DNA of 47,883 nt, from positions 14,605 through 62,487 of the forward strand of contig JACQXH010000078.1 in NCBI GenBank assembly GCA_016208845.1, read 5' to 3'. Shown piece after piece: positions 43,876 to 47,883 of the stretch (the stretch's first letter is position 1; each line of letters begins with the position of its first letter). The DNA comes from Nitrospirota bacterium. GTDB taxonomy: Bacteria; Nitrospirota; Thermodesulfovibrionia; UBA6902; BMS3Bbin08. The notes beneath the pieces were generated by a model. That model ran no database searches. It was not told where the DNA came from and saw only the letters and a list, made by a program, of their open reading frames with translations. A program made the position numbers and the translations under genes.

Positions 43876-45273
43876 TTGGGGGTGATTAATGGTCTGGACA
43901 AGGCTATGGCATCTGAACTTCTCGAATTTCCTAATAATGTATTCGGCATGGCGCTGAACCTTGAACAGGATTCGGTCGGAGCCGTTCTTTTCGGTGAAGA
44001 CACCTTGATCAAAGAAGGAGACGTTGTAAAGCGTACAGGCAAGATCATGTCCGTTCCGGTAGGCGAAGCGCTGCTTGGAAGAGTAGTCAATGCTATAGGT
44101 CAGCCGATTGACGGAAAGGGCCCGATCGCCTCAACAGAAAGCAGGATAGTTGATGTCGTGGCCCCCGGTATCATTGACAGACAGCCGGTTCGTCAGCCCC
44201 TTCAGACGGGCCTGAAGGCAGTTGACGCAATGATCCCTGTCGGAAGAGGACAGAGAGAACTGATTATCGGTGACCGTCAGACAGGAAAGACCGCGATAGG
44301 CGTTGACGCCATTATTAACCAGAAAGGCGGAGACGTTTTATGTATATATGTTGCTATCGGGCAGAAGCGTTCCAACGTTGTCCGAGTTGCCAAAAAACTT
44401 GAAGAAGAAGGCGCATTGGCCCATACAATTATTGTTTCTGCAACGGCGAGTGAGCCCGCACCTCTTCAGTACATTGCTCCCTATACAGGATGTGCGATGG
44501 GAGAATATTTCAGGGACAAGGGCAAGCACGCATTGATAATTTATGATGACCTGAGTAAACAGGCCACGGCATACAGGCAGCTTTCGCTCCTGCTAAGGCG
44601 TCCTCCCGGACGTGAGGCCTTTCCCGGAGATGTTTTCTATCTCCACTCAAGACTCCTTGAGAGGGCGGCTAAGCTCTCTGATAAACTCGGCGGCGGTTCT
44701 CTTACGGCGCTCCCGATCATTGAGACACAGGCAGGTGATGTGTCGGGCTATATTCCGACAAACGTTATTTCCATTACAGACGGACAGATATACCTTGAAC
44801 CGGAGCTTTTCTACGCCGGTGTGAGACCGGCCGTTAACGTTGGTCTGTCTGTCAGCCGTGTCGGCGGCGCGGCCCAGACAAAGGCAATGAAGCAGGTCGC
44901 CGGGACCCTGAGGCTGGATCTTGCGCAGTTCAGGGAGATGGCGGCATTCGCCCAGTTCGGTTCTGACCTCGATAAAGCAACACTCCAGCAGATAGAACGA
45001 GGCAAGAGAATGGTCGAGCTGCTGAAGCAGAACCAGTACGTTCCGATGACGATGCAGGACCAGGTAATTGTCTTATTTGCCGGTACTCAGGGCTTTCTCG
45101 ATGATATTCCGGTCGAGGCCATAAAGAAATTTGAAGAGGAATTTGTGAAATTCATACGTGGAACAAAGGACGAACTCCGTTCGGAACTTGCAGAGAAAAA
45201 AGCATTGGACGACAGCCTTAAAGCAAAACTGGTTAAGGCAATAGAAGAATTCAAGAAAGGATTCCAGGCGTAA
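43876..45273 (+). CDS. atpA: F0F1 ATP synthase subunit alpha, lacking about 35-40 N-terminal residues
   Basis: GDRQTGKT Walker A and [23 protein letters not shown]. The ORF opens only 15 nt after the atpH stop, with TTG/GTG starts, and begins at ...[14 protein letters not shown], which aligns to roughly residue 38 of E. coli AtpA. Confidence 0.88.
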   Translation: MGVINGLDKAMASELLEFPNNVFGMALNLEQDSVGAVLFGEDTLIKEGDVVKRTGKIMSVPVGEALLGRVVNAIGQPIDGKGPIASTESRIVDVVAPGIIDRQPVRQPLQTGLKAVDAMIPVGRGQRELIIGDRQTGKTAIGVDAIINQKGGDVLCIYVAIGQKRSNVVRVAKKLEEEGALAHTIIVSATASEPAPLQYIAPYTGCAMGEYFRDKGKHALIIYDDLSKQATAYRQLSLLLRRPPGREAFPGDVFYLHSRLLERAAKLSDKLGGGSLTALPIIETQAGDVSGYIPTNVISITDGQIYLEPELFYAGVRPAVNVGLSVSRVGGAAQTKAMKQVAGTLRLDLAQFREMAAFAQFGSDLDKATLQQIERGKRMVELLKQNQYVPMTMQDQVIVLFAGTQGFLDDIPVEAIKKFEEEFVKFIRGTKDELRSELAEKKALDDSLKAKLVKAIEEFKKGFQA

Positions 45274-45356
45274 AACAGTGACGCGTAACGAGTAAGGAGT
45301 GACTGGATTGATTCCTTCAACTCGTTACTCGTAACCCGTAACTCGTCACTTAAATT
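45274..45356. repeat. Word-hairpin element filling the whole atpA-atpG spacer
   Basis: AGTGACGCGTAACGAGTAAGGAGTGAC, a loop, then AACTCGTTACTCGTAACCCGTAACTCGTCACT. The GTxACGA/CTCGTTAC words are the same as in the metG insertion. Confidence 0.8.
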
Positions 45357-46238
45357 ATGGCGACCTTAAGAGACATAAAAAACAGAATAAAGGCTGTTGG
45401 GAATACGCAGAAGATAACAAAGGCCATGAAGATGGTGGCTGCATCAAAACTGAGAAAGGTGCAGGGCCGGATGCTGGACCTGAGGCCTTATGCAGACAAG
45501 ATGCAGGAGGTTCTGATGAACCTTGCCAAAGGTGCTGACAGGGAAGCGCATCCATTACTTGCATTCAGGTCGAGAAAGACGGTCGAAGTCGTTGTAATTA
45601 CTTCTGACAGGGGGCTTTGCGGCGCCTTTAACACAAATATCCTTAAGGCAGCTCAAAAATATATTGACGACTGTAAAAAAGAAGGCTTTGAGGTTAGCAT
45701 AAGCACTGTCGGGAAAAAAGCAAGGGATTACTTTAAGAGAAGAGGGGTCAACCTTAGAAATTCACGGGTGGGTATTTCAGGCAACGTACGTTTTCCAAAT
45801 GCAGAGGAGATAGCCAATGATGTCAAGGAAAATTTCATAAATGGAACAATTGATGAAGTTACTGTCGTATATAATGCATTTAAATCAATGGCATCGCAGA
45901 CAGTAACGGTAGCCAAGCTTCTTCCCTTGGCTCCAGTGGAAGAGGGAAAAGAAGGTTCTGCCACTGAACCTCAGGCATTGGATTTTATTTATGAACCTTC
46001 CATGGGTGCGATATTTGACAGATTGATCCCGAGGAATGTGGATATACAGATCTACAGGGCTCTCCTTGAAAGCTCGGCTGCAGAAGAGGCAGCAAGGATG
46101 TCTGCTATGGAAAATGCAACAAAGAGCTGTAATGAAATGGTAGGCAAACTCACGCTTCAGTACAACAAGGCCAGACAGGCATCTATTACAGGTGAATTAA
46201 TGGATATCGTAGGCGGTGTTGAGGCGTTGAAAGGATAA
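45357..46238 (+). CDS. atpG: F0F1 ATP synthase subunit gamma
   Basis: MATLRDIKNRIKAVGNTQKITKAMKMVAASKLRK and the C-terminal ITGELMDIVGGVEAL. Confidence 0.93.
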   Translation: MATLRDIKNRIKAVGNTQKITKAMKMVAASKLRKVQGRMLDLRPYADKMQEVLMNLAKGADREAHPLLAFRSRKTVEVVVITSDRGLCGAFNTNILKAAQKYIDDCKKEGFEVSISTVGKKARDYFKRRGVNLRNSRVGISGNVRFPNAEEIANDVKENFINGTIDEVTVVYNAFKSMASQTVTVAKLLPLAPVEEGKEGSATEPQALDFIYEPSMGAIFDRLIPRNVDIQIYRALLESSAAEEAARMSAMENATKSCNEMVGKLTLQYNKARQASITGELMDIVGGVEALKG

Positions 46239-47756
<1,518 letters not shown>

Positions 47757-47870
47757 AAAATATTTAGCCACTGACTGACACAGACATAAAGACAGGCGGC
47801 ATAAATAAAAGAATAAAGCTTGAATGAAAGAATCGTGGTTCTTGTGTTAGTCAGTGAAAGTCTGTTGCAA
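47757..47870. repeat. CACTGAC-word hairpin element downstream of atpD
   Basis: TTTAGCCACTGACTGACACAGACATAAAGACAGG ... CTTGTGTTAGTCAGTGAAAGTCTGTTG. An AGAGGA RBS-like sequence at the window end suggests atpC follows. Confidence 0.7.
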
Positions 47871-47883
47871 AAGAGGAATATAA

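Overview
This is bacterial chromosomal DNA, probably from an uncultivated lineage. I infer that from sigma-54 NtrC-type regulation, a b/b-prime F-type ATPase operon and a dense load of MITE-like repeats; I cannot name a taxon. The backbone is housekeeping: metG, a PSP1/RicT-like gene, holB, tmk, rlpA, gatB, gatA, tgt, argS and atpF'-F-H-A-G-D. Four accessory regions stand out. (1) A 4.2-kb, visibly AT-rich insert lies between gatA and gatB on the same strand. It carries two MNT/HEPN modules flanking an orphan 762-aa protein whose C-terminus has an RNxxxH (HEPN-type) motif. This is my best candidate for an undescribed system. (2) An 11-kb island (30.7-41.7 kb) is a segmentally duplicated set of Sec-secreted proteins resembling phage tail fibres and tailspikes, with thrombospondin-type-3 Ca-binding repeats. 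It has no virion genes and contains an in-frame TGA and a +1 shift at GGG-TGA. (3) A toxin-antitoxin patch (6.5-12 kb) sits next to a bacterial EndoQ homologue. (4) A SPT/AONS-like, SDR reductase and EamA module. The most pervasive signal is a family of hairpin elements whose arms are tandem 7-10-nt 'words'. They fill intergenic spacers, including those inside the atp operon. They are also inserted in frame into essential genes (metG, holB, argS, atpF), much like Rickettsia RPEs or cyanobacterial STRR/SDR elements. A second palindromic MITE family (GTCATTCCGGCTTGTCCGGAATC core, with AGAGTCTGTTTATAAA terminal repeats) is also multi-copy. Caution: many genes carry lesions (in-frame stops, internal deletions, frameshifts, a missing atpA N-terminus, no canonical tgt start). 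Assembly or strain-consensus artefacts must be excluded before any of these are read biologically. All homology calls come from my reading of motifs, not from database searches.
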